Virus record (IMG/VR): IMGVR_UViG_3300029787_004165
Source of the DNA: an uncultured virus (IMG/VR IMGVR_UViG_3300029787_004165)
Lineage: Duplodnaviria > Heunggongvirae > Uroviricota > Caudoviricetes
DNA length: 64,000 nucleotides
Strand: one strand, 5' to 3'
Shown here: one piece after another, positions 25,814 through 36,332 of the stretch
How the letters are laid out: each line of letters begins with the position of its first letter
How positions within the stretch are numbered: position 1 is the stretch's first letter
Position numbers and translations under genes: made by a program
Notes under the pieces: model-generated
Told to the model about the DNA's origin: nothing
Database searches by the model: none
Seen by the model: only the letters and a program-made list of their open reading frames with translations

Positions 25814-28033
25814 TTAAACGCTACCGATTACTTCTTCAAATGAAACGCCAGTTCTAGTGGCAACGAATGTTAGACCAATGAAGTTAATTGATCTTGCAGG
25901 CTTAATGTATATATCTGCAATAAATTCATTTGCATCAATCACAGCACCAGTGTTATTGGTTTCATCACAAATAACCACATAATCTGTAATTCCTCGTTTA
26001 GCCTGAACATCACGTAGGAATGGTTCAACAATGTTTACAAAGTTTGTCCTTGTAATCTCATCGTTAAACTCAAAGAGTTGATCTCTTGCAGCAGCAGAAA
26101 TTGCATCTTCAAGGAAAATAAACAATCTACGAACGTTAATTCTATCAAAGGCAGATGCCTTAGCAAATCCAGTCTTATCACCAAATAAGATTATTCCTGC
26201 TCCAGGTTGGAAAACGACAGGATTTATTCTTGAGGAATAAAGACGATCTCTTTGTAATTTAGTTGGGTTGTATGCTAATTTAACAGCATTAAGAATTGCA
26301 CCCCTTGTCGTACCTGCAGGTGAAAACCAAGGGAATTGATTGATATCAGTTCTAGCACAAGTTCCAGCAACATCAGCGTTGAGTGGAATGTATCTGAATG
26401 TATTAGTAAATCTATCAAACATATACTTATATCCAGTATCAAATACCGCATATGAAGAAGATGTTATTGGGTCAAAGAAATTAATTACATTATCAGTAAT
26501 TGTATCATCATCTAAAATAGTGGCAGCACTTTGATCTGATGTATCAGATATCATTGCTGCTCTATAAGGAGATATGAATGCAATCGCATCCTTTCTCTTC
26601 TCAGCAATAGCAATTAATTTAGTAGCAAGTGCTCTTGTTTCATTTTCTCCACCTTTAGAAGATCCTTGAATAAGAAAATCTACATCTACTACAGTATCAT
26701 TTTCAAATAAACCATATCCATTAACACCAACAATATCATCCAGTCCAGAATCAAGTGCTCCTGTAGTGGTAAGATCTGTCTTTCCACCATAATTTAAACC
26801 ACCTGCTAATTCAGAATTCAATGTACCAATACTATTAAAGATAACTCCTTCTGCATCTTGATCCCATCCACCATCACCATCAAGTGTAAATGCACCGCTA
26901 TATCCAGTGGTTACAACTCCTGCTGGTTCACTTAAACCAAAAATATACCCAGAACCAGTTTGAAGATATTTTCTCCAATAAGAAGGAGAACCTACAGAGA
27001 ATTCTGCGTCTTTTGCTTTTGAAAGATTTAAATGTTTTTCAAGAATTGTTCCTGCATTACCAGAAATTGTTCCTTTAGCATCAATTATAACTACATGAAC
27101 TTCATCAAATCTAGCACCTCTAGCACTCGCATAATCAGAGGTTCCTGGTTTCTCAGATAATGTATTCCATTTTACAGTGTTATAAGTGGTTGATGCAGCT
27201 CCACTAGTTGCAGTAGAAATTTCAAGTTCTTGTTGATCAAACCAATCTTTGGAAGATGTATAAGATGTTGAAGCATATGATGCTGCAAAACCATTAGTAT
27301 GAATAGCAACACTTCCAGTGGAACTAAATTTGTAAATGCTATTATAATCTTTTTGAGTTTCGGTTCCTGCAGAGGATACATGACTAAGAAATTTGACATC
27401 TATAGTAGTAGTACCTACTTTAGTTACAATACCTTTAAAGTGACCATCTATTAATTCTGTTGATCCAGCACCAACTCCAGTTTTTGAAACAACAGTACCA
27501 TCTGGAACTGCTTGAGTTACTCCATAACCAACGGCAATCGCTGCTTTAGCTTCTGGACTTGCAACATCTACTCCATCTAATATTTGATCTGCTGAACCAT
27601 CAATAATTCCAATTTTAATTCCATTTGCCCAAGTTCCTGGATTTTTTGCAGCAACGGTTACTGTTGAAAAAACATTAGTATCATATCCCAATTCTTCATA
27701 ATGTTCGACACTCTTAATTTTTACATTCGCAGCCTCTCCAACAAATCCATTTTTTAAACCACTATCATCTGCTCTGACAACATTTAATTGCCCACCATAT
27801 GCTAAGTATGATGATGCACTATACCATGTTTCATAGTGTTTATCTACATCATATGGTTGCCCAAATGTATTAAGCAAATCATTTTCGTTGGCAATAAGTG
27901 TAGGTTCTGCTACTGGGCCTTGTGAAAAAGGCCCTACAATTCCACCAATTTTATCTGTTGTGGGATCCACCCTTCCTATGGTTAGGTCAACTTCCCTTAC
28001 CAGAATTCCAGGAGACGCTAGGTTTAAAGGCAT
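25814..28033 (-). CDS. gp18: Tail sheath protein (T4 gp18)
   Basis: SPGILVREVDLT, PWFSPAG, FDRINVRRLF, IKPARSINFI. Confidence 0.98.
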   Translation of the reverse strand: MPLNLASPGILVREVDLTIGRVDPTTDKIGGIVGPFSQGPVAEPTLIANENDLLNTFGQPYDVDKHYETWYSASSYLAYGGQLNVVRADDSGLKNGFVGEAANVKIKSVEHYEELGYDTNVFSTVTVAAKNPGTWANGIKIGIIDGSADQILDGVDVASPEAKAAIAVGYGVTQAVPDGTVVSKTGVGAGSTELIDGHFKGIVTKVGTTTIDVKFLSHVSSAGTETQKDYNSIYKFSSTGSVAIHTNGFAASYASTSYTSSKDWFDQQELEISTATSGAASTTYNTVKWNTLSEKPGTSDYASARGARFDEVHVVIIDAKGTISGNAGTILEKHLNLSKAKDAEFSVGSPSYWRKYLQTGSGYIFGLSEPAGVVTTGYSGAFTLDGDGGWDQDAEGVIFNSIGTLNSELAGGLNYGGKTDLTTTGALDSGLDDIVGVNGYGLFENDTVVDVDFLIQGSSKGGENETRALATKLIAIAEKRKDAIAFISPYRAAMISDTSDQSAATILDDDTITDNVINFFDPITSSSYAVFDTGYKYMFDRFTNTFRYIPLNADVAGTCARTDINQFPWFSPAGTTRGAILNAVKLAYNPTKLQRDRLYSSRINPVVFQPGAGIILFGDKTGFAKASAFDRINVRRLFIFLEDAISAAARDQLFEFNDEITRTNFVNIVEPFLRDVQAKRGITDYVVICDETNNTGAVIDANEFIADIYIKPARSINFIGLTFVATRTGVSFEEVIGSV

Positions 28034-28103
28034 CTTAATTTACTCTCGCAATCCAAATTTATTCTAGAAATATTTATTATTTCCTTTATTTACATGCATT
28101 TTT

Positions 28104-29756
28104 TCATCGATAGTCCCACATATAAGAACGATCTCCATATTCATCTGTATGCCATCTATCCCCATCCTTATCAACAAAACTATCCATATCATCAAATCCA
28201 TCTGAAATAAAACCAAAAGGTGCCATGTCTTGTTCTATAGCATTTTTTTGTTCTTCATATATTCTCTTTCTTACATCTTGGTCAGTCATCTCTTTGAAAT
28301 AATCCTGTGCGACTAACCAAGCAAATATAACTAAGCACATTGCCAAATCATCATTACATCCTTCTTCTGCCTCAAATGAATTATGTTTTTGTGAAAATGT
28401 GGTTAATTCGGATATGATATCATAATCACAAGTCAATATTTTATCATCCTCTAATAGAGTTTTTAAATTAGAACATCCTAATTTTTTAACAGCAGATGTC
28501 ATTCTTACACCCAGCTGAGTTTTTTTACCAGAAAATCCTTGACCTACTACTTGACCATTTCTTCCCCTCATTGTAGCCATAAGAATATTATCATATTCTA
28601 AATCGTATTGAAGAATACTTGCAACCTGATCACCAATATCATTAACCTCTATTAATAAAAATGCCTGATTATACGCCTTAGCAATATCATGAATAATATT
28701 TGGATACAACATAGGTTTTATCTCGTTGTTTCTATATTTTGCTACGATCTTGTATGGAAACTCTGTTGTATCAAAAACTATAAATGCCGAATAATCATTA
28801 CCAAGTCCTCGTGCAACATCAACCGTAATTATATAATTATGGTCTTTAACTGGATTTTCGTAAATATCAAGACCAGCATTTCGTTGAATTGGATTTTCAT
28901 ATACCAAATTTTTGAGTTTTGATGGACTAATAAGAGTATTAACGGATCCTAAAAATTCACACTCAAACTCAATTTTAAATTGTTGTTCTGATGTATTTGC
29001 AATTGTTTGTTCTTTCCATACAGCATCTCTACCAGGAACTTCAGACCAATGAACATCAGTGGGAACATATTCATTTTTACCCCTTTCACTATCGTGCCAC
29101 ATGCGATAGAAATGATTCATACCCCTTGGGGTTGAAACTATAATAACTTTGGTTGATTGTCCAGATGTAATCGTAGGATAAACTGATGCAAAGAAATCAT
29201 CGGCAATATGATTTGGAATGAATGCAAACTCATCAAGGAATATTACATTATAAGATCCACCACGAACAGCAGATGATGAGGTGGAGTTTGCTGATATCTT
29301 AGAACCGTTCTCCAATTCTAAAGAACCTTTGTTCCAAGATATTATACCTTGTTGCATCCATGTAGGTAAATTTTCATATGCGAGTTGTAATCTACCAAGT
29401 AAATCTCTAGCCGTGGATGCTTTGTTTGCCAGAACAGCAATATTTACATTATCATTAAAAACTGCATAGTGCAAAAGATATGAAATACAAGTTGTAGATT
29501 TACCTGTCTGACGAGGCATTTTACATATATTAAATCTATTTTCATGAAATCTTTTAATCAACTTCTCTTGAAAATCATACATATCAAAAGGAACTAGTCC
29601 TTCATCAAGAGAGACAATTTTTATATATTTTCTGGTAAAATATATCGGATCTGCTTTACATTTCAAAAATTCACGGATATTATCTTCCGTAAATTCTATT
29701 TGAGTATTTGCTTTTTTTAAATTAGGATTACCTAAGTAAACATCATTAGCAGACAT
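28104..29756 (-). CDS. gp17: Terminase large subunit (T4 gp17)
   Basis: YLGNPNLK, PRQTGKST, FLDEFAF, STPRG, DVARG, DDLAM. Confidence 0.98.
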   Translation of the reverse strand: MSANDVYLGNPNLKKANTQIEFTEDNIREFLKCKADPIYFTRKYIKIVSLDEGLVPFDMYDFQEKLIKRFHENRFNICKMPRQTGKSTTCISYLLHYAVFNDNVNIAVLANKASTARDLLGRLQLAYENLPTWMQQGIISWNKGSLELENGSKISANSTSSSAVRGGSYNVIFLDEFAFIPNHIADDFFASVYPTITSGQSTKVIIVSTPRGMNHFYRMWHDSERGKNEYVPTDVHWSEVPGRDAVWKEQTIANTSEQQFKIEFECEFLGSVNTLISPSKLKNLVYENPIQRNAGLDIYENPVKDHNYIITVDVARGLGNDYSAFIVFDTTEFPYKIVAKYRNNEIKPMLYPNIIHDIAKAYNQAFLLIEVNDIGDQVASILQYDLEYDNILMATMRGRNGQVVGQGFSGKKTQLGVRMTSAVKKLGCSNLKTLLEDDKILTCDYDIISELTTFSQKHNSFEAEEGCNDDLAMCLVIFAWLVAQDYFKEMTDQDVRKRIYEEQKNAIEQDMAPFGFISDGFDDMDSFVDKDGDRWHTDEYGDRSYMWDYR

Positions 29757-29806
29757 AATTTTAATGTTTAATTGATAGAATCATGATAATGTATATTTGT
29801 TAAAAA

Positions 29807-30547
29807 TTATAATGCGAATGTGGATGTAGTTGTGAAAAAAGCATATCTACCACTACTATACATATTAGAACCACTATTATTTGATGTTTCACACATAATG
29901 TAATAAGTAGAGGAAGTGTTACTACTACTTCCACCACTTGGACCCGTTCGGTAGTAGTTGCCACTCGCTGATGGTGTAGTACCTGTTCTGAAATTCCAAG
30001 GACCATTGGAGTAGACTGTGGTATTTATCGTATTTAAAGTTATATTTCCATTATCCCAATCACTTACACAGTTGGCAAGAGATGAATATGTTCGACCAAC
30101 GCTCTGACCTTTAAATGCTGTCGATGTTTCGGTAGGAAAAATATCTGTCGTCGTACCAGAACTATTAGTAATTTGAAATGTATCAAAAGCAATGTCTCCT
30201 TGCCAATTCGTATATTGCGTAATATAAAGCCAAACTACTCTACCAGTCTGACCTACGTAACTACTTAAATCTGCAGTTGCATCTCTCCAAGCTCTGCCTG
30301 CATAATTTTGTTGCTCTCCACTTAGAGATGTTAGACCAGTTACACCATTTGCTGTAAATGTTAATGGACCTGAAAGTGTCCCACCATTATCCCAATACAT
30401 ATTCCAGTATCCTATAGAATTTCCATGCATAAAATATTGAAAATCCATTTGAGCAGAGCCACCTCCACCTCCACCTCCACCACCACTCGAAGCAGTAAAG
30501 GGTGGAATAGGTCCTGACATTCCAAGTAGTGATGAGATAGGAGTCAT
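29807..30547 (-). CDS. Putative fibre-tip adhesin with a MAM-like domain
   Basis: FQYFMHGNSIG, WQGDIAFD, GTTPS..TGP and YIMCETS motifs; poly-Gly linker after a short N-terminal peptide. Confidence 0.6.
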   Translation of the reverse strand: MTPISSLLGMSGPIPPFTASSGGGGGGGGGSAQMDFQYFMHGNSIGYWNMYWDNGGTLSGPLTFTANGVTGLTSLSGEQQNYAGRAWRDATADLSSYVGQTGRVVWLYITQYTNWQGDIAFDTFQITNSSGTTTDIFPTETSTAFKGQSVGRTYSSLANCVSDWDNGNITLNTINTTVYSNGPWNFRTGTTPSASGNYYRTGPSGGSSSNTSSTYYIMCETSNNSGSNMYSSGRYAFFTTTSTFAL

Positions 30548-30553
30548 AATATA

Positions 30554-33500
30554 TTATGCGTAATTAACTTTATTACAAAGAGGAAGGAAAGTTGCATCGG
30601 CCGTTTTAAGTATGAAGAATGTATATACATCATAACTACCACTTGCACCACCATCAGGAGCACTTCCCCCTAACCATTCTTCTGTAGCTGCACTACCATC
30701 TATCGTAATATTAGTAATCTTATCAGAAGTACTATTTGGTTTTATAATAACGACAACGGTGACAGAATCTCCTATTGCTAAATCATTATTAAGTCCATTA
30801 GTTGATGTAATATCGGGTGTTAAAGTACCACCATCTTCAGCAACACTATAGTATTGTACATTTCCATCATCAATATTAATTCTATCTGATGCTATATCAG
30901 ATAGTTCATCATTTACTACATAAACTCTTTCAGATATACTTCCCTTAACACCTAGTTTTGTTCCACTACTGGTTTGTCCTATTGCAACACGATCAGTAGC
31001 GTTGAAAGGTCCTAATTGAACATCCCCACTGGCATCAACATTTATAGATGGTACACCTGATATATCATTAACAGCAAATATAGAACCTGATGTAAGATTA
31101 TTGGTTACAGAGAATAATTGTCCTTCTGAACCTTTAATTACTAATGCAGTGGATGCTGTACCGACATCAACAACAAGAGTCGCATCAGATGCAGTGGTGG
31201 TTCCAATACCTACATTTGTTGAAGTGTTGATACCAGTGGTATTAGTTTCCCAAACTCCAGAGGCACCACCACCTCCTCCTCCACCACCAGAAATAGAAAC
31301 ATTACTAATTCCAGTAATCTTACCATCACTATTAACAACAATCTGAGCTACATTAGATGCATCACCGTAAGTAGCCGCAGATGCACCAGTTAGTCCTGTC
31401 AAACTTGCACCAGAACCAGAGAATGAAGTAGCAGTTATAATACCAGATGAAGCAGTGATAGCAGTTCCAATCTTTACATCACCAATAACATGAAGTTTTG
31501 ATGTAGGGTTTGTGATTCCTAAGCCAATATACTCAGTTGTACTATAAGGAGCTAACTGAATTGTTCCGTCAGCATCAACATCTATTGATGGTACACCTGA
31601 TATATCATTAACAGAGAATATAGAACCCGATGAAAGACTGTTGGTTACAGAGAATAATTGTCCTTCTGAACCCTGAACTACCACTGCAGTGGATGCTGTA
31701 CCGACATCAACAACAAGGGTTGCATCGGATACTGTAGTAGTTCCTATTCCAACATTAGTAGATGTATTAATACCAGTTGCATTGGTTTCCCAAACTCCAG
31801 AGGCACCACCACCACCTCCTCCAGATACAGTTTGCCATGTAGGAGCACTTCCTGATCCATTACTTGTTATTACTTGTCCTGATGAACCATAGTTAGCACC
31901 ACCTAAACCAATTTGTCCAGCAGCAGCAATTTGAAATTTTTCTGACCAAGTTATAGCATTATCTGCTGTTCCTGATGCAGCACTACGGAATACTAATGTT
32001 CCATCTACCTGATAAAGTTGAGATGCAAAATCATTATTTGTATAATCATAATTACCACTAGCATCAAGATAATTGTTAGCACCTATTGCAACAAATGAAT
32101 CATCAGTAGAACCTGCAATATAACCAGCATCGTGAATTTGTAATGACCTATAATCTGCATTCCATTCTTTTGGAGTTTTTTGTATTCCTATTTGGCCACC
32201 TGATGTGATGCGAAGTCTTTCATCACTAACTGTTCCAAATATCATGTATGGATTAGTACCATGATTATATTGAACAAACCCATCAAATCTTGCGTCACCA
32301 GATGTGCTATCAGCAAAGAAAATAGCACCATTATTGGATGTACCTGTTCTTATTGTAATACCACCATTTCCAGAATTATTAATTGTTAAATCATCAGCAC
32401 TTCCATGTCCTGCATCTGATGTTCCTATTAATACTTGTTGAAATGTTGTAATACCAGAGGTTACATTTAAACCACCATCAGCAATACTAACACCACCGCC
32501 AACCACTACAACACCACTTCTTGCAGTAACTATTCCTAATGAATCAACGTTTGTTACATCCTCATATGTAACAACTCCAGTGAAGGTGGCACCAACTCCT
32601 ACCAAATTACGTATTGTGATATCAGGAGTACCACTTAATCCAGTAGCAGTACCAGTTAAAGTTCCACTTAAGGTTGTAGCAGATACAGAATTAATATTAG
32701 TTATATCTGTTGAATTATCTCCAACAATATTCCCATTCGCACTTATGTTACCTGAAACTGTTAATGCACCTAGAGTTCCAACAGAAGTTATGTTAGGTTG
32801 TGCTGCAGTGGTAATAATACCACTATAAACACTAGAAGTTAATATTCCAGTAGATGGATTATACATTAATCCAGTATCAGATTCTGGGCCTTGAACTCCA
32901 GTTGCCCCATCTACAAAGATTGGATATACTGTTTCATCTGTAGAATTATTTGCCTGAACTGTAATATTATTGGCATTTGTTACATTGGTAGAAGAAAAAT
33001 AATGACCTAATAATGATCCTTCAATAACCTCTATTTGATACCATAGATCAACATCTAGACTAGTGCTGGAAACATAATAGCTAATATTAAAATAATCTCC
33101 TTCTACAACAGATATAATAGCAGTTTGACCAAAAGCACCTGGATTGCTATATCCAGAGGTTCCATCTAGGTCGATATTGAATCCACCATCAATAACAGTA
33201 AAAATGGATCCATTTTTATAAAGCCGCCATTGGTTATTAGTATTTCCATTAGCAGCAACTCTTATAATTGTAGATATTTTAACCTTTGATACTCCTGCGG
33301 GAATTGTAAATGTCCCATTCGTAGTATTAGCAAAAGAATTTGTATCTATGGATGTTCCATCAAAATTAGTAACCGATGTCCAACTACCACTAGCAGTAAC
33401 AGAATAATCATCATTATACATTCTGGCACCGACAAATCTAATTGAGGATCCAACAGAGACTGTAGCAATTTCATCATCGGAAACTGTGACATTATTTGCA

Positions 33501-34189
33501 GAGGCAAAATCTATAGTTTTTGCATATCCAACAAATACTCCACCAGATTGAATACCAACACTTCCTATTCCACTACCACCACCAGATGATTGTTCCACCC
33601 AAGATAAACCAGTTCCAGTAGAACTTAATACTGAACCTGCAGCACCTACTTGACTATTACCATCGGCAATTTGGGTGGCAGTTAGAACACCGACACTGTA
33701 AATACTCTTACTATTACCATCTAAGTCTCCACCTAACTGAGGTGTAGTATCACCGACTATGTGAGTTACGATACCAGTTAAAGATGTATAAGGATAATTT
33801 GTGGCGTTTGTTAGATTAAAAGCTGGGGTTGCACTAGTCCCACCTAAATCTAATGTTATTCCACCATAAGAAACACTCTTATTATCTAAAGCAGCATTAG
33901 GAATAGAGTTTAGTGTTGCACCAGAACCACTAAAACTAGTGGCAGTTATGATACCACCACTAGCAGTGATAGCAGTTCCTACTTTTAATGTATCTCCACT
34001 AAAACTAGTTGCAGTTATGATACCACCACTAGCAGTGATAGCAGTTCCTACTTTTAATGTATCTCCTACTGTTCCAATACCACTTATACTTAATGCGGTT
34101 CCGACTATTTTTGTTGCAGTTATGATACCTGCATTAACTATTTGTCTACTATCATCAATAATAGTAGAATTTGAAATTTTAATTGCCAT
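30554..34189 (-). CDS. Tail fibre protein (1211 aa)
   Basis: G/T/S-rich; VGIGT, ERLRITSGG and GIITATSFSG fibre motifs; internal repeats. Confidence 0.85.
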   Translation of the reverse strand: MAIKISNSTIIDDSRQIVNAGIITATKIVGTALSISGIGTVGDTLKVGTAITASGGIITATSFSGDTLKVGTAITASGGIITATSFSGSGATLNSIPNAALDNKSVSYGGITLDLGGTSATPAFNLTNATNYPYTSLTGIVTHIVGDTTPQLGGDLDGNSKSIYSVGVLTATQIADGNSQVGAAGSVLSSTGTGLSWVEQSSGGGSGIGSVGIQSGGVFVGYAKTIDFASANNVTVSDDEIATVSVGSSIRFVGARMYNDDYSVTASGSWTSVTNFDGTSIDTNSFANTTNGTFTIPAGVSKVKISTIIRVAANGNTNNQWRLYKNGSIFTVIDGGFNIDLDGTSGYSNPGAFGQTAIISVVEGDYFNISYYVSSTSLDVDLWYQIEVIEGSLLGHYFSSTNVTNANNITVQANNSTDETVYPIFVDGATGVQGPESDTGLMYNPSTGILTSSVYSGIITTAAQPNITSVGTLGALTVSGNISANGNIVGDNSTDITNINSVSATTLSGTLTGTATGLSGTPDITIRNLVGVGATFTGVVTYEDVTNVDSLGIVTARSGVVVVGGGVSIADGGLNVTSGITTFQQVLIGTSDAGHGSADDLTINNSGNGGITIRTGTSNNGAIFFADSTSGDARFDGFVQYNHGTNPYMIFGTVSDERLRITSGGQIGIQKTPKEWNADYRSLQIHDAGYIAGSTDDSFVAIGANNYLDASGNYDYTNNDFASQLYQVDGTLVFRSAASGTADNAITWSEKFQIAAAGQIGLGGANYGSSGQVITSNGSGSAPTWQTVSGGGGGGASGVWETNATGINTSTNVGIGTTTVSDATLVVDVGTASTAVVVQGSEGQLFSVTNSLSSGSIFSVNDISGVPSIDVDADGTIQLAPYSTTEYIGLGITNPTSKLHVIGDVKIGTAITASSGIITATSFSGSGASLTGLTGASAATYGDASNVAQIVVNSDGKITGISNVSISGGGGGGGGASGVWETNTTGINTSTNVGIGTTTASDATLVVDVGTASTALVIKGSEGQLFSVTNNLTSGSIFAVNDISGVPSINVDASGDVQLGPFNATDRVAIGQTSSGTKLGVKGSISERVYVVNDELSDIASDRINIDDGNVQYYSVAEDGGTLTPDITSTNGLNNDLAIGDSVTVVVIIKPNSTSDKITNITIDGSAATEEWLGGSAPDGGASGSYDVYTFFILKTADATFLPLCNKVNYA
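31032..31822. repeat. ~250-nt internal duplication in the fibre gene (31032-31282 and 31572-31822, period 540)
   Basis: Both copies encode GGGASGVWETN.TGINTSTNVGIGTT...GSEGQLFSVTN...NDISGVPSI.VDA. Confidence 0.9.
33927..34066. repeat. Two tandem 69-nt units (one mismatch)
   Basis: Each unit encodes GDTLKVGTAITASGGIITATSFS. Confidence 0.95.
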
Positions 34190-34231
34190 CTTACCGTCTT
34201 CGTGAAGTCACTAGGTATTTTTTAATATTTA

Positions 34232-34948
34232 TCATTCATACCTCTGTTTAGTTGCATCAAAGTTTTGTTTCAATTCTGCTTGTGATAATGCTCTACTATA
34301 AACTAAACCCATAGAAACATCTCCATCAAAATATCTACTTCCACCATTATTATCTTGACCAATGGTGAATTCTCCAGCAGCATCATATGGAAAAGTTCCT
34401 GAATTATGAGTCGTTGTATTAGTTCCTGATGAAATTGTTCCATCCAATTTAAACATATAAAGAGTTGCTGCAGATGAAATTACACTAACAGCACACATAA
34501 CCCATTCATTATTAGGAATGGTAATACTTGCATCAAAATTCCAAGAAGCACTCTGATCTTCCCAATTATATCTTAATTCATCACCACTATATACATTAAA
34601 ATTAAAACACTGACTTGCTGGACTAGTTTGTCTACCAGATATTGGAGAAGCCCAAGTATCTTGAGTTCCATCTCTCTTTATCCACGCACTTATTGTGAGA
34701 GGTGGTATACTTACTTTTGCACTACCAGAAAAACTTACCGACTCATTACTTCCATCAAAAGTAAAATAACCAGATACACCAGAAGTATGATTGGAAGCAG
34801 TCATATTTGTTAATGTTCCAGTAAAACGCTTACCACTTAAATCATTCCAAGTGGTTCCACTACCAGAATAACTCTTAATATTTGCTGCATCTGTACAGAA
34901 AAAAAGACTATCAGTGACTATTTGAAAATTATTATATTGTGTTGCCAT
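34232..34948 (-). CDS. LamG/ConA-like protein, array member 6
   Basis: DAANIKSYSGSGTTWNDL, FTFDGSN, TISAW, YSRALSQAELKQNFDATKQRY. Confidence 0.85.
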   Translation of the reverse strand: MATQYNNFQIVTDSLFFCTDAANIKSYSGSGTTWNDLSGKRFTGTLTNMTASNHTSGVSGYFTFDGSNESVSFSGSAKVSIPPLTISAWIKRDGTQDTWASPISGRQTSPASQCFNFNVYSGDELRYNWEDQSASWNFDASITIPNNEWVMCAVSVISSAATLYMFKLDGTISSGTNTTTHNSGTFPYDAAGEFTIGQDNNGGSRYFDGDVSMGLVYSRALSQAELKQNFDATKQRYE

Positions 34949-35619
34949 TATAATCCATACCTCCCTTTTATTGTATCATAGTTTTGTTTTATTTCTACTG
35001 CTGATAATGCCTTTCCTTTATATACTCTAACAATAGGTATTTTACCTGCCATAGAATTTGCAGATTCACCTATTTTTAACGCTGAACCATTAGCCCATAA
35101 AGTAGCGGAACTTGTATTAGTTCCAATAGATGTTGTATTTAAATATCTTGTAAAAGTATTACCAGATCGAGTAACGACTATTTGATACCATGTATTGGTG
35201 GATATAGTACCAAAACTAGCAGCATTTAATATATCCCAACTACCATCACCATCAGCAGCATAAACTCTAAGATCAGTACCATTTGCAGTAATAAGAAAAG
35301 GACTAAAAGCTGTATGAGAATCTCTGGTCATATAAACCGCAGTCCAACCTGTTAGAGCTGTAAAATATGCCCATACTTCTACAGTAAAGTCTCCTGATCC
35401 AAAATGAAAAGCAGTATTATTTGGAATAGATATTACATCATTATCTCCATCAAAAGTAAATTCATTATTACTCCAAGTTGCACCAGTAATAGCTCCAGAC
35501 AAACTACCAATTGTATCAGTCCAAGTGGTATCACCATCAGAATAACTCTTGGAATTTGCTGCATCTAAACATAATACAAGATTATCAATAACTATTTTTG
35601 GTGAATGTACAAATCCCAT
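34948..35619 (-). CDS. LamG/ConA-like protein, array member 5
   Basis: DAANSKSY, FDGDND, DFTVEVW, WYQIVVTR, ALSAVEIKQNYDTIKGRYGL. Confidence 0.85.
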   Translation of the reverse strand: MGFVHSPKIVIDNLVLCLDAANSKSYSDGDTTWTDTIGSLSGAITGATWSNNEFTFDGDNDVISIPNNTAFHFGSGDFTVEVWAYFTALTGWTAVYMTRDSHTAFSPFLITANGTDLRVYAADGDGSWDILNAASFGTISTNTWYQIVVTRSGNTFTRYLNTTSIGTNTSSATLWANGSALKIGESANSMAGKIPIVRVYKGKALSAVEIKQNYDTIKGRYGL

Positions 35620-36332
35620 TACTTATACCTCCTTTTATTTGCATCATAGTTTTGTTTTACTTCTGCTGCTGATAATGCTTTTCCACCATACACTCTTACT
35701 TGGGAAAGTTTACCAGCAGAAGTTCCAGCAGTAAAATTATCAGGTCTCATCAATTCAAATGAATTATTAGTTCCTATAGCACCAATAGTGCTTGAAGAAG
35801 TCTGCACTAAAGAACCATTTAAATAAAATCTACTTTTATTATCACTTCGATCTAAAGTAAGCACTGCACAATTCCAGTTATTTGCCCAATATGAAGCATC
35901 ACTCCAATAACCAGAACCACCAACATCTTGGTAATCAGAACTTCCACCATCTCCCCATTTTGTTCTTGCTTCCACATTTCCACTATTGTTTAACAATAAT
36001 ATGAAAAATGAGTGAGTGTTTCTCCAACCAGCAATATGTCTGTAACCAGAAGTATCAGTAATCTTACACCATACTTCAAGACTACCACCATTATCATCTA
36101 TATTATCAATACTAAAAGAATCATTAGTTCCTTGATCATCTGAACCATCAAAAACTATACTTCCACCACCATCAGTGGAATCAAAAGAAGGTCCACCTGT
36201 AAGTGTTATATCATTACCACCAATTACATCAGTCCAAGTTACTCCACTACCAGAATAACTCTTGGAATTTGCTGCATCCACGTATAATACAAGATTATCT
36301 TCTACTATGTCTGGTCCTCCGTGACAAGCCAT
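35619..36332 (-). CDS. LamG/ConA-like protein, array member 4
   Basis: DAANSKSYSGSGVTWTD, FDGSDD, FYLNG, ALSAAEVKQNYDANKRRY. Confidence 0.85.
   Translation of the reverse strand: MACHGGPDIVEDNLVLYVDAANSKSYSGSGVTWTDVIGGNDITLTGGPSFDSTDGGGSIVFDGSDDQGTNDSFSIDNIDDNGGSLEVWCKITDTSGYRHIAGWRNTHSFFILLLNNSGNVEARTKWGDGGSSDYQDVGGSGYWSDASYWANNWNCAVLTLDRSDNKSRFYLNGSLVQTSSSTIGAIGTNNSFELMRPDNFTAGTSAGKLSQVRVYGGKALSAAEVKQNYDANKRRYK

Noticed and set aside
10942..29756. Introns, inteins or homing endonucleases in gp46, uvsW, gp20, gp23 or gp17
   Set aside because: All have normal lengths and uninterrupted motifs; no HNH, GIY-YIG or LAGLIDADG ORF recognised
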